In this document: piece after piece, positions 1 through 9,302 of the stretch
How the letters are laid out: each line of letters begins with the position of its first letter
Position numbering within the stretch: the stretch's first letter is position 1
Assembly: GCA_964645695.1 (NCBI GenBank)
Contig: CAZXZT010000001.1
Location: 1 to 30,062, forward strand
DNA: 30,062 bases
Direction of reading: 5' to 3'
From: an uncultured archaeon
GTDB taxonomy: Archaea > Thermoplasmatota > Poseidoniia > MGIII > CG-Epi1
Translations under genes and position numbers: made by a program
Notes under the pieces: model-generated
Told to the model about the DNA's origin: nothing
The model's database searches: none
The model's input: the letters and a program-made list of their open reading frames with translations, nothing else

Positions 1-2603
1 ATGGTCGGCATCACGCTGGAGATAAGATCGTTCAACTTTACCTGCCCTCTTCCATCTGCCAATTCTCCAGCAGTACGGACGGCGGTCCACTTCCATTCTG
101 GTGCAGTTATAAACACAATCTCCTTGGGATTGGCAATTTTTGCAATGTTCAAAATGGATCGCGTGTCTTCTAAAGTCTGTTTAACTAGATCCTCGCCCGT
201 TATCAAACTTAAATCCGGACTGTGACCTTCAGGAAATGGCTGATTCAGAATGAAATCCTTCTCTCCGGAAATAGCCCAGGCTTCCTCTGCCGTATGCGGT
301 ACAATTGGTGCAATCCCCCGATTTACGACAGATATGTACTCCTTCAATAACTCTGCATGGGGTTCACCTGTTCTTTGAAGGTACCATCTGAAATATTGTG
401 GTAACTCGAAGAAAAAAAGACGTGTCGATGTTCTAAATTTCAATCTTTCAGATGCCTTGTGAGCTTGATTAGAGATGCTTGCCATAATCTCACGGAACCA
501 GGCGTCGACGGGGTGATTTGTGGTTCTGCCTTTTCCCTTGTTCTTTCTTACAAAAGATAACCAGTTATTCAATTTCTTGCCAGCTGTTTCTGCAAAAGTG
601 ATCTCCCAGTTTGGATCGTCAAGACCTTCACCGGCATTGCACAGAGTGAAACGGACAACGTCGGCCCCGTATTTTGACGTCAATTCCTTGAGAGTGAAAA
701 AATTGCCTCTGGACTTGGACATCTTTTCTCCTTCAACAAGGACCCAGCCATTGACTGCAAAACCTCTGGGCCATTTGTCTTCTCCAAACATTGCCGTGTG
801 ATTAAACAGACTGAACGACAAATGATTCTGTATCAGATCCTTGCCACTTATCCTCAAATCGTAGGGGTACCAATAGTTGAATTCATTACGCCATTTTATG
901 ACGTCTGCCTGCTTTACACCGCTATCTTCTGCTGCCAACTTGGTGTTACCGTCTCCAAATATTGCGTCGAACAGAGATTCGGTGAGCTGGTTTTCCTTCA
1001 AGTCCTTAAGATAATGGGCTACTGTGTAATAGGCCATGTAGATTGTTGAATCGCTCAGTGATTCAATGACCCAGTTATCGTCCCATGGCAATCTAGTTCC
1101 CAGACCCTTTTCACGGACACAGGCCCAGTTCTTCAACCATTGCAAGACATATTCAAATTGAGCACGGGATTTGGAAGGATAAAGTTCCATGGACTTCAGG
1201 GCCTTTTCAGTGGTTTCGGTCCATTTTTCGTCACTGTATCCTAAGAACCACTGATTATCTACTATCTTGACTACGCAATCTGCAAGCCAACGCGACTGGA
1301 CTGGACCTGTCAACTCGTAGTAAATTATTGCTTTGCCATTTTCAACCAATTCGTTCTTGACCAATTCCCTCGCTTCTTCTACTGGCTTGCCGGCAACCTT
1401 CCCTGTGGAACCAAGCATGACTCCGTGATTGAAACTATGCATGTACAGCTCTTGTTTGGCTTTCTCCAGTTTACTTCTCTGCGTCTGATTCTTTATTCCC
1501 AGATCCTGGCAGAGTTTGGGTGCTGGAAGCGTACCCATTTCTCCTGAATCAAGAATTGCTACAGGTTGAATCGACTTTACATATTCATAATCCAATCCCC
1601 AGCTCTCACAATCTGAAGCAGACTTCTGCAGGTCGGCAAGTCCTTGATAATCGTCTGGCGAATCGCTTGGTACGGAAGTCACAATTCCTGAACCTATTGA
1701 AGCGTCACAGAACTTGGATGGAAGAACCATTACTTCGCTATCAATATGGGGTGCTACGTATTTCTGGCCAACCAGATCCTGGCCCTGAACTTCTCCCAGT
1801 TCCTCGATATCGTGCCCCTGGAGATTAAGCTTGAATGGCATCTTTTGCGAAATTATCCAGGTTTCATTGCCTACTTTGGCCTTGGTGTAGGTACCCTTCC
1901 CATCAATCCAAATGTTGGTTTGACCGAAAACAGTCTCGGGGCGCAAGGTTGCCGCAACGAGAAAATGATCTTCTCCCTTGAACTTCAGCAATGTATATTC
2001 TTGTGGAGTTTCACCCTCGCCTGAAAGTCGGTCATGATCGCCCACAACTGTTTCTCTCTTGGGGCACCAAACAACTGGAAAACTGCCTTTAATCAGATAC
2101 TCTCCAGCCAACAGCTTATTGAACTGCCAACGTATGAATCTATCATAAGGCGGGTTCAAGCTGGTTGTGATGAAACTGCGCCTCCAGTCGATGGATGTAC
2201 CAAAGTTTTTAAGGTCCTCAATTGATTTTTCAGGAAAATATTTTGTCCATTCTTCTGGATTTGAAAATTTTTTGATGAGGTTCTGGCTTAGGCCCATCTG
2301 CTTTAGCGCGCTAATCTGCCCTTCTTCGCCTTCCTCGACTCTTTGAGCGGCAGCCACAATTGGAGTGCCCGTGCAATGAAAAGCGAAAGGGAACAGTACA
2401 TTCTTGTTCTTCATTCTTTGATAGCGGGAAACCATGTCTGCTCTAAGGTAAGTGAATGCATGTCCCAAATGCAGATAGCCATTCATGTAAGGGTAAGGGC
2501 AATTTACGAAGTACTTCTCCTGATCCTCCTTCGGCTCTGATTCGAACAGCTTGGCCTCTTCCCATTTTTTCCGCCATTTCTTTTCCAAGGCTTTTGCATT
2601 CAC
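1..2603 (-). CDS. leuS: Leucyl-tRNA synthetase, archaeal type (3' end beyond the left edge; absent from the ORF track)
   Basis: Manual reverse-strand translation from GTG at 2603: VNAKALEKKWRKKWEEAKLFE...PYPYMNGYLHLGH (HIGH motif), HCTGTPI, IDWRRSF, SGKDLIQNHL, KMSKS (711-725), APEWKW near 63-110. All spot-checked segments are in one frame, and an in-frame TAA upstream makes 2603 the furthest possible start. Confidence 0.96.
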   Translation of the reverse strand, partial: MNAKALEKKWRKKWEEAKLFESEPKEDQEKYFVNCPYPYMNGYLHLGHAFTYLRADMVSRYQRMKNKNVLFPFAFHCTGTPIVAAAQRVEEGEEGQISALKQMGLSQNLIKKFSNPEEWTKYFPEKSIEDLKNFGTSIDWRRSFITTSLNPPYDRFIRWQFNKLLAGEYLIKGSFPVVWCPKRETVVGDHDRLSGEGETPQEYTLLKFKGEDHFLVAATLRPETVFGQTNIWIDGKGTYTKAKVGNETWIISQKMPFKLNLQGHDIEELGEVQGQDLVGQKYVAPHIDSEVMVLPSKFCDASIGSGIVTSVPSDSPDDYQGLADLQKSASDCESWGLDYEYVKSIQPVAILDSGEMGTLPAPKLCQDLGIKNQTQRSKLEKAKQELYMHSFNHGVMLGSTGKVAGKPVEEARELVKNELVENGKAIIYYELTGPVQSRWLADCVVKIVDNQWFLGYSDEKWTETTEKALKSMELYPSKSRAQFEYVLQWLKNWACVREKGLGTRLPWDDNWVIESLSDSTIYMAYYTVAHYLKDLKENQLTESLFDAIFGDGNTKLAAEDSGVKQADVIKWRNEFNYWYPYDLRISGKDLIQNHLSFSLFNHTAMFGEDKWPRGFAVNGWVLVEGEKMSKSRGNFFTLKELTSKYGADVVRFTLCNAGEGLDDPNWEITFAETAGKKLNNWLSFVRKNKGKGRTTNHPVDAWFREIMASISNQAHKASERLKFRTSTRLFFFELPQYFRWYLQRTGEPHAELLKEYISVVNRGIAPIVPHTAEEAWAISGEKDFILNQPFPEGHSPDLSLITGEDLVKQTLEDTRSILNIAKIANPKEIVFITAPEWKWTAVRTAGELADGRGQVKLNDLISSVMPT

Positions 2604-2724
2604 AGAGCGCGAGAAGAGGGACCATTAAAAACTTAGACAAAAAGACCAGAGGTTAGCTAAAAAATGTAGAAAGAGTCAAAAAACGACCAATAGTAATTAT
2701 AGGACCATTCAATCCGAGACGAAC

Positions 2725-3213
2725 ATGATTAGGTTTGGGCCAGCGGGAATACCTCTTTCCTGCAAGGGAAGGACTATCAGAGACGGAATTGAAGACATAC
2801 ATGCTCTAGGTTTGCATTGTATGGAAATCCAATTGGTGAGAGGCAAGTATGTCGATGAATTGGAGGACTTCGAAGAACTGGGCGAAATCGCGCAGTCATT
2901 AGATATTCATATGGCAATTCACGCTCCTTACTACATGGATTTTCTGGGTAACGGATACATGCGCAACAAGTCGAAAAAATTCCTTGAATTCGCTGGCGAG
3001 GTCGGGAGCATGATTGGGGCCAGAAATGTAGTTACGCACATTGGACCCTATCATGGAATTTCATCTGAAGAGGCACTCAAAACGCTCATACCAATATTCA
3101 GAGACATGCGCAACCATTACTATGCCAACAATTACAGTCCTCAAATCGGTGTCGAACTGTCTGGAAAACCAGACCTTTTTGGGAGTATTAGAGAAGTGGC
3201 TGCCGTAAAGTGA
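2725..3213 (+). CDS. Endonuclease IV / xylose-isomerase-like TIM-barrel protein, N-terminal half (frameshifted relative to 3210-3623)
   Basis: IRFGPAGIP start, IHAPYY, VVTHIG and GVELSGK match the archaeal AP endonuclease (Nfo-like) metal-ligand positions. The ORF ends mid-barrel. Confidence 0.8.
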   Translation: MIRFGPAGIPLSCKGRTIRDGIEDIHALGLHCMEIQLVRGKYVDELEDFEELGEIAQSLDIHMAIHAPYYMDFLGNGYMRNKSKKFLEFAGEVGSMIGARNVVTHIGPYHGISSEEALKTLIPIFRDMRNHYYANNYSPQIGVELSGKPDLFGSIREVAAVK

Positions 3214-3623
3214 AGGGTATACAGCCCATTATCAACTGGCCACATCTACACGCCAGAGGAAATCGCTGGCTGAATGATCGTGAAAGTTTCAAACGCGTAT
3301 TCGATTTCTTCGAGAAAGCCTTGGGTTTGAAAAAATTCTACACTCACTTCTCGGGCGTTGAATTTGATACGGAAGGCAATGAGAGGCACTATTCTCCAAT
3401 CAAAAAGGGTGAAATCAAATTTGAATATCTGGCAGAGGTTATCCTAGAAAATAACTATAATGTGATAACTATCTCTGATTCGCCACTCATGGAACACGAC
3501 GCCATGTACATGAAACTGATAATGGAACGTGTTGAAGCAAGGCGCCAGGAAAGAATGGCAAGGCGTGAAGCTGCTGAAAGAATCAAAGAATCGAGGAAGG
3601 CAGCTGCAGAGGCCGAAAGCTAA
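3210..3623 (+). CDS. Endonuclease IV-like protein, C-terminal half
   Basis: PIINWPHLHAR, YTHFSG, ERHYSP and ISDSP complete the barrel. It begins in the -1 frame at GTG 3210, overlapping the TGA at 3211-3213. Confidence 0.8.
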   Translation: MKGIQPIINWPHLHARGNRWLNDRESFKRVFDFFEKALGLKKFYTHFSGVEFDTEGNERHYSPIKKGEIKFEYLAEVILENNYNVITISDSPLMEHDAMYMKLIMERVEARRQERMARREAAERIKESRKAAAEAES

Positions 3624-3628
3624 ACTGA

Positions 3629-3636
3629 TTTATAAT
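3629..3636 (+). promoter_or_regulatory. TATA box of the first PKD lipoprotein gene
   Basis: TTTATAAT 21 nt before ATG 3658. Confidence 0.5.
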
Positions 3637-3657
3637 ACCATACTAAGATTAGCCCGC

Positions 3658-4713
3658 ATGAGATGCCTACCTTTTCTGGTTGCAGGAATCCTTCTCTTTT
3701 CGGGATGCCTGGATTTTCTTGATGAAAACAATGAAAACGGAGCTCCACAGGCTGTTGCAAACTCTGAAGGTGGGTCTAATTTTGAACCAAATGAAGAAAT
3801 CACATTCACCGGCAAAGGTAGCAATGATCCAGACGGTGATATTCTTGAATATTTCTGGGATTTTGATAAAAATGATGACAAGGATGAAGGCATAATCGGT
3901 GACATAACGAAAAATGGTAAAATTACACATTCATACGAAAACGAAGGAATTTACACTGTAACACTCACTGTTACAGATGGAAATGATTTCAGCACAGCAA
4001 CCGTCAAAGTTACCATTCAAAAGCCCACGAGCGACATAAGGGCAATAGTAACCACTAGTGACGAAACGGACTCGGTAGCTGGTGAGGAGCAGGTGACTTT
4101 CACTTTTTCAGCTACGGATTCAGTATCAAACAGCTCAATAACAAAATTCGAATGGGACTTCTCCTACGACCCTATTGATGGCTTCAATCCAGATGAAGAA
4201 ACCACGGAACCTGAAATCTCGTGGGATTTTTACTCGGGAAAATACACTGTGAGAGTCAGGATAACAAATGAGATGGGAGAAAGTGACGAATCTGATTACT
4301 CAGACGGTGTGGAACTCCGCATCAACTACGAATACAGTAGTACGCGGACCATTGATTCAGATATGCAAGAGCATTTGGTCCAAGTGTACGGACTTCCGGC
4401 AAGATACATCAGGGTGACGCTGGAATACGAAACCAACTCGGTTCACACACGGGATCTGGATCTATACCTGTACAATACGACTCAGGAAATAAATCCAGAT
4501 GATGAAGAAAACGAAAATGTTGAGAGTAATACAACACATGACAATGGAGATACCGAACAGGTAAATACAATAGAACTAGACTATTACAATAGCACAGACC
4601 GTGCCTGGTTTGATGATGCAAGCGAACTCGGAGACTGGACGGCAGTTGTTGACCATGAAAGAACAGGTGAGTCTGAGTATACTATCAAAATAGAGGTAGT
4701 ATACTGGGAATAA
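3658..4713 (+). CDS. PKD-domain lipoprotein (two PKD/Ig-like repeats plus an acidic C-terminal beta domain)
   Basis: Start moved to ATG 3658: signal peptide with lipobox-like LFSGC, and TTTATAAT 21 nt upstream. PKD motifs DPDGDILEYFWDFD...HSYENEGIYTVTLTVTDG and FEWDFSY. DLDLYLY is a PPC-like motif. Confidence 0.8.
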   Translation: MRCLPFLVAGILLFSGCLDFLDENNENGAPQAVANSEGGSNFEPNEEITFTGKGSNDPDGDILEYFWDFDKNDDKDEGIIGDITKNGKITHSYENEGIYTVTLTVTDGNDFSTATVKVTIQKPTSDIRAIVTTSDETDSVAGEEQVTFTFSATDSVSNSSITKFEWDFSYDPIDGFNPDEETTEPEISWDFYSGKYTVRVRITNEMGESDESDYSDGVELRINYEYSSTRTIDSDMQEHLVQVYGLPARYIRVTLEYETNSVHTRDLDLYLYNTTQEINPDDEENENVESNTTHDNGDTEQVNTIELDYYNSTDRAWFDDASELGDWTAVVDHERTGESEYTIKIEVVYWE

Positions 4714-7638
4714 TCAGTCTCTTGTAACAACGGCCGCTTTACTTGTCTGCCCATCCAGCATAACGTTTAAAGGATTGGAAAACCTAACATGTTTAATCGG
4801 GCCATACTCCCCTTTCAGTTCCTGTTTACTCAAGACATCCCATTCGATATCAGATGATTTAGAAGTCAAATATCCAACACCAAACGAAACTATGTTCTGG
4901 AAGAAGTGGGTTCCTTGCGAGGCCTCGACAGGATAATCGCTCATCTCGCATTCTATAATTGTGGAGGCACCTGATATCTGGGCCCAGCGGACGGGAATTC
5001 CCAGCCATTTGTCTGTTGAACCCCAACGACCTGGACCAACTAACAAATATGGATTTCCTGAACTTATCAAGTCAGTGTTCAATTTCTCCAGATTTTCAAC
5101 TATCTCTTCGGTTTCGCCCCTTGCAAAATCACTAGGATGAATGTATACTACATCTCTTATATCATCTATTAAGCCATTTCCTAGGGAACTGTCTGAACGG
5201 CAAATCAGCGTTCCCTCCTGACTCTCAATATCAACCTCGATGTCAATAGGTTCCCATACTAGGGGACGGGCTTGCAAGAATGAGAATCGTTTCGACTTTG
5301 ACAATGAATCCAACGTAACTGCAAATTCAATTTCGACGGGGCCACTGAAACCAGCCTCGGCTACTCTCAAGAAAAAATTGATAATGCCGGACAGGGGGAA
5401 CTGTTCATGTTTAGTGACGCCCGCGAAAGTTACCAGCCTTACTCCGCTCCTTGATAATCCATCATAAATTGCATCATTCTCCGGTGAATAAACGGAGCCT
5501 ATGGGATGCAATTGCCTATCCATTTCAGCTTTTGACAAATCCAGATGAGATAGATTTTTCGATGCCTGGGTGTCTAACTCAGTTTCGGTCTTTGACATGT
5601 CGACGGCCCAAAATTCTCTCTGTGATGAACTCAGGTAATCTTCAGTTGTTGCAAACTGAAACTGTTGTTCAGGATGGCTGGGAGAGAACCTGAAGACCTT
5701 TTCGCCCTCTACGACTGCCTTTCCCAGACCTAAAGCCACTGCAACCACTCCTTCTTCAGGCAAAGCGTCACCAAGAGGATAAAAATTTCTTGAACGAGCA
5801 ACTCCGGAAAAGGTAGGGTAAAAGGCATTCCCGTGCTTCTGTCCTTCTACCTGCTGAATTACGACGGCCATTTTTTCCTCCTCTATACTGTTGGGTGTTG
5901 AGGCAATATATGATTTCGAGTTCGTGTAGAATACCGATGCATATACCAACTTTATGGAGTCGCAGATATTCTGTAACCTGACCTTCGGGTCTGGATGATT
6001 GTTGGAAAGCATATAGGTCTCATAGACTCCTGCGAACGGCTGGTGCTGAGAATCCTCGAGCAAACTTGACGAACGAATCGCGACGGGATACTCTATCCTG
6101 TCCGAGAAAGATTTTATGTCCTCGTAAATCGAATCCGGCAGATCCACTTTCAAGAATTCTTTAGCTATATCTTTGTCATCAATCTGTGACGTATCTGAAT
6201 AGGCAATGGAAGAAACCCGTTCATTCCTCATAAATTCATCAAAAACGGACGTTCCGACAACGGCACAGGGAGGGACGCTAATCATGATATCTGGAAATTC
6301 GGATGAAAGGTCAGATGACGCCAGAAGAGAATGAAAAAAAGCAAGGCTTCGGCCTTTACCTCCTAATGATCCACCACCAATTCTTAGGAAGTCGCGACCA
6401 ATGTCCAATACTTTTAGCGAGAAGTCAGCCACCTCCCCTCTTTGGTGTTGCCTCTGGAAATCACGCATCATTGCGAGAAGAACCGATCGGACCTCTTCTA
6501 TATCCTCAAAATCACCGACTTGCTTCGGACGAAGTGCAGTTGCCAGATCAAATTCTGTACGAGCTCTGAACCAGCGTGAAAAGTCGTTACGCTCTCCATG
6601 ATATCTCAATGAATCGGAATCGATGTAAGGAAGAAGGTCTATCATCTCTTCAATATCCTTGGCCCTGCCAACTTCGTTGCCATCAGAATCACGAAACACG
6701 AAGTCGCCAAAACCCATTTTTTCGCGCATGAAGGCCCTAATTCCCTTTAGCAATCCCGAATCGGATTTGTCCAGAAAATCAGCATTTAGTTTTTTGGCAA
6801 TCTTCCTATTCTCAGGTAGAGAAGATTGCATTATAATTGGGATGTCATTATTGTCCTTCTGAACGAGTTTTATAAGTTCAGAACCTGCCTTAGGATTGTG
6901 CTCTCCTTTCCAGGGATAGCCTGCATCCGTTATCAATCCAATAATGTGCTTCGAGTACTGCTTGTAGAAGTGCTGAGCTTGTTCCATGTCAGTTGCAAGT
7001 AGAATCTTAGCACGGGCTCTTCGTCTCAGAACCTTGTGATGCAGACTAAGACCTTCACCGGCCAAACTACCTGTCTGTTTCATCAATTCCTGATACAACT
7101 GGGGGAGAAACAGGGAATAGAAGCGTCTTGAATCCTCAGCTAGCAGTATAACTGGAACAGCGGACGTGGCGGTGTCTTCCTCTACATTTCTTAAATCCTC
7201 TATAATTTTTATTATGGCAAAAAAAATCTGGGAATTGCCAGACCAGACAAAAACCAGATCGATACCTTGGCTTTTTTTGAACAATGCCAATTCGCGAGTG
7301 TTATAGGCAAGCAAAACCACAGGGATATCTTCCTGAATTTCTTTGGCTTTGTTACCAAAGACATGAACCAGCATTTCACCAACTCTAGACATGGTGATTA
7401 CCAGATCGTAATGTCTTTCCCTCAATTCTTGAAGAGCCTCCTCGGCAGTGGTTACATGGGTGATACGGGGTGCTGACGAAAGACTCAATTGCTTGTATTC
7501 AAGCAGAATAGTCTCATTTATCCTTCCATCCTCTTCCAGAGTGAAATGGTCATATGGACTGGAAACTAGAAGGACCTCGCGGACGCGAAAACGCATCAGG
7601 GTCTCGAATCGGCTGTGCTGTGTAGGGAACTGGTCCAC
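4714..7638 (-). CDS. Receiver-domain / PEP-synthase-like ATP-grasp fusion protein of unknown function
   Basis: Two receiver-type segments (VLLVSS..DLVITM..VVLLAY; ILLAED..GLITD..IIMQSS..FLDK). ATP-grasp motifs GGKG, AIRSSSLLED, FAGVYETY, VEIEFA, LQARP. C-terminal GPGRWGS...SQGTHFF. Confidence 0.85.
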   Translation of the reverse strand: MDQFPTQHSRFETLMRFRVREVLLVSSPYDHFTLEEDGRINETILLEYKQLSLSSAPRITHVTTAEEALQELRERHYDLVITMSRVGEMLVHVFGNKAKEIQEDIPVVLLAYNTRELALFKKSQGIDLVFVWSGNSQIFFAIIKIIEDLRNVEEDTATSAVPVILLAEDSRRFYSLFLPQLYQELMKQTGSLAGEGLSLHHKVLRRRARAKILLATDMEQAQHFYKQYSKHIIGLITDAGYPWKGEHNPKAGSELIKLVQKDNNDIPIIMQSSLPENRKIAKKLNADFLDKSDSGLLKGIRAFMREKMGFGDFVFRDSDGNEVGRAKDIEEMIDLLPYIDSDSLRYHGERNDFSRWFRARTEFDLATALRPKQVGDFEDIEEVRSVLLAMMRDFQRQHQRGEVADFSLKVLDIGRDFLRIGGGSLGGKGRSLAFFHSLLASSDLSSEFPDIMISVPPCAVVGTSVFDEFMRNERVSSIAYSDTSQIDDKDIAKEFLKVDLPDSIYEDIKSFSDRIEYPVAIRSSSLLEDSQHQPFAGVYETYMLSNNHPDPKVRLQNICDSIKLVYASVFYTNSKSYIASTPNSIEEEKMAVVIQQVEGQKHGNAFYPTFSGVARSRNFYPLGDALPEEGVVAVALGLGKAVVEGEKVFRFSPSHPEQQFQFATTEDYLSSSQREFWAVDMSKTETELDTQASKNLSHLDLSKAEMDRQLHPIGSVYSPENDAIYDGLSRSGVRLVTFAGVTKHEQFPLSGIINFFLRVAEAGFSGPVEIEFAVTLDSLSKSKRFSFLQARPLVWEPIDIEVDIESQEGTLICRSDSSLGNGLIDDIRDVVYIHPSDFARGETEEIVENLEKLNTDLISSGNPYLLVGPGRWGSTDKWLGIPVRWAQISGASTIIECEMSDYPVEASQGTHFFQNIVSFGVGYLTSKSSDIEWDVLSKQELKGEYGPIKHVRFSNPLNVMLDGQTSKAAVVTRD

Positions 7639-7791
7639 GCAATCCTAGTAACTACTTACTTTAACTATCTATGGTGAGCGCATATCTTGTCTGGAATTGC
7701 AAGATTTCAAACTCGCTAAAGGGTTAAGGAAGGAATTGAGTAGTATTTTATATGAGGATATTCAATCAGACTAACCAAAGGACGCAATACC

Positions 7792-8802
7792 TTGGAAACT
7801 GAACCATTTGTATCGATTGTAATACCTACCACGGGCGAAGTCAAATTCATAAAAGGGCTGGTAGAAAGTGTAACTGGACTCGACTACCCTAAAGAAAAAT
7901 TTGAATTGATACTTATTGGGGACAAACCGACCTCACTACTGGAAAAGAACTCGAAAAGGGCAAAGGATGAAGGTATAGATGTAAATGTGGAATATAAACC
8001 CGTACCCGCCGGGCAAAAAAGAAACATGGGTACCAGAATCGCAAAAGGAAGTATAATCGCATTTACCGATGATGATACTATTCTAAGAGAAGACTGGATC
8101 AGGAACGGTCTAAAACACCTTTCTGAAAATGAAAATTACGTGGGAGTGGGTGGTCCAAATTATACTCCAAAAGAAGAATTGCCCTTTGCCAAGGCCGTTG
8201 GTCGAATATTCGGTTCGAAGTTCCTGTTTTCGTTTAGATATACTGTTGGGCACTCCAAAGCCAGAGAGATCGCGCACAACCCCACCTGCAACTACCTAAT
8301 CAAAAAAAGCGCAGTCCAAGAAATTAAGTTTCATGAGAATCTGTGGCCTGGTGAGGACGTAGAATTTGACATCCGGCTGAAAAAAGCGGGATACAGAATT
8401 CTGTACTCGCCGGATGTTGTTGTCTGGCATCACCGTAGAGCTCGACCTACTGCCTTTCTCAAACAGATGTTCAACTATGGAAAGACAAGAGCTCAGGTCA
8501 CGCGGATGCATCCGGAAAGTTTTGATATTCGGCACTTCACTTTTGTGCTGGCCTTCATAGTCCTAATGTCACTTTATTCCATATCATATCTAGAACTGGA
8601 AATGCCTGTGATTGGGGAACTTGATATCCTTGTCCCCCTGTTCCTGAACGGACTCTACTTTGTCATATTGGGGCTGGCAGGAATTCTTGTAGGTTATCAG
8701 ACTGGAAAATTCAAACAGGCGGGGTACGCCCCCTTAGTATTGTTCATTCAGCACTTTGGATATTCCTTGGGACTCGTCTACGGATTTCTAAGAAAGCCTT
8801 AG
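7792..8802 (+). CDS. Family 2 glycosyltransferase with C-terminal membrane helices
   Basis: VSIVIP start, G..RNMG...AKG.IIAFTDDD (DXD), GEDVEF..RL, VVWHHRR, then hydrophobic helices. TTG start. Confidence 0.9.
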   Translation: METEPFVSIVIPTTGEVKFIKGLVESVTGLDYPKEKFELILIGDKPTSLLEKNSKRAKDEGIDVNVEYKPVPAGQKRNMGTRIAKGSIIAFTDDDTILREDWIRNGLKHLSENENYVGVGGPNYTPKEELPFAKAVGRIFGSKFLFSFRYTVGHSKAREIAHNPTCNYLIKKSAVQEIKFHENLWPGEDVEFDIRLKKAGYRILYSPDVVVWHHRRARPTAFLKQMFNYGKTRAQVTRMHPESFDIRHFTFVLAFIVLMSLYSISYLELEMPVIGELDILVPLFLNGLYFVILGLAGILVGYQTGKFKQAGYAPLVLFIQHFGYSLGLVYGFLRKP

Positions 8803-8836
8803 CAAAAACCTTTACAAAGGGACTATTTGGGAGACT

Positions 8837-9259
8837 GTGGATTTAGACTATCAAAAATTGCTGGATAGGGCCAGAGAAGGTTTGGAGGACGTCATGAGCA
8901 GTGCAGAGCGTTTTAGGCCACCAGTCCCTGATGTACTCCATGAAGGAACTAAAAAAACTATAATCCGGAATTTTACTGAGATAATTGATACCTTGAGAAG
9001 GGATGAGAATCATCTCTACAAGTTTCTACTACAGGAACTGGGAACTGCAGGCTCAATCAATAACCGGAGACTGGTGCTTCAAGGAAGAGTTCCAGAAAAA
9101 AAGATCAAAGAGCGAATCAGCTCTTACATTGATACCTTCGTCGTATGTCAAGAATGTAGCCGACCTGACACCTCTTTTCTAAGAAGTGCAAGAACTCTGA
9201 TTCTACACTGCGAGGCATGTGGCGCGAAAAAACCTATCCGTAACAGTTTAGCAATCTGA
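8837..9259 (+). CDS. eif2b: Translation initiation factor aIF-2 subunit beta
   Basis: DYQKLLDRA, ERFRPP, TIIRNF, HLYKFLLQELGT, and the C4 zinc finger CQECSRPDT...CEACGA. No TRAM extension. GTG start. Confidence 0.95.
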   Translation: MDLDYQKLLDRAREGLEDVMSSAERFRPPVPDVLHEGTKKTIIRNFTEIIDTLRRDENHLYKFLLQELGTAGSINNRRLVLQGRVPEKKIKERISSYIDTFVVCQECSRPDTSFLRSARTLILHCEACGAKKPIRNSLAI

Positions 9260-9302
9260 ACGTAGCAGATACTCTTAAGACATGGTCAATCTAGGGCTAC
9301 CG

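Noticed and set aside
1-2656. Ten short plus-strand ORFs and one short minus-strand ORF in the track
   Set aside because: They are shadow ORFs of leuS, which occupies 1-2603 on the minus strand with all expected motifs.
3529-3657. Track start of the PKD protein at 3529
   Set aside because: It overlaps the upstream gene by 95 nt and precedes the TATA box. The signal peptide begins at ATG 3658.
4714-7638. Annotating the gene as ppsA (PEP synthase)
   Set aside because: There is no C-terminal PEP/pyruvate-binding barrel, and the N-terminal receiver domains are not part of PpsA.
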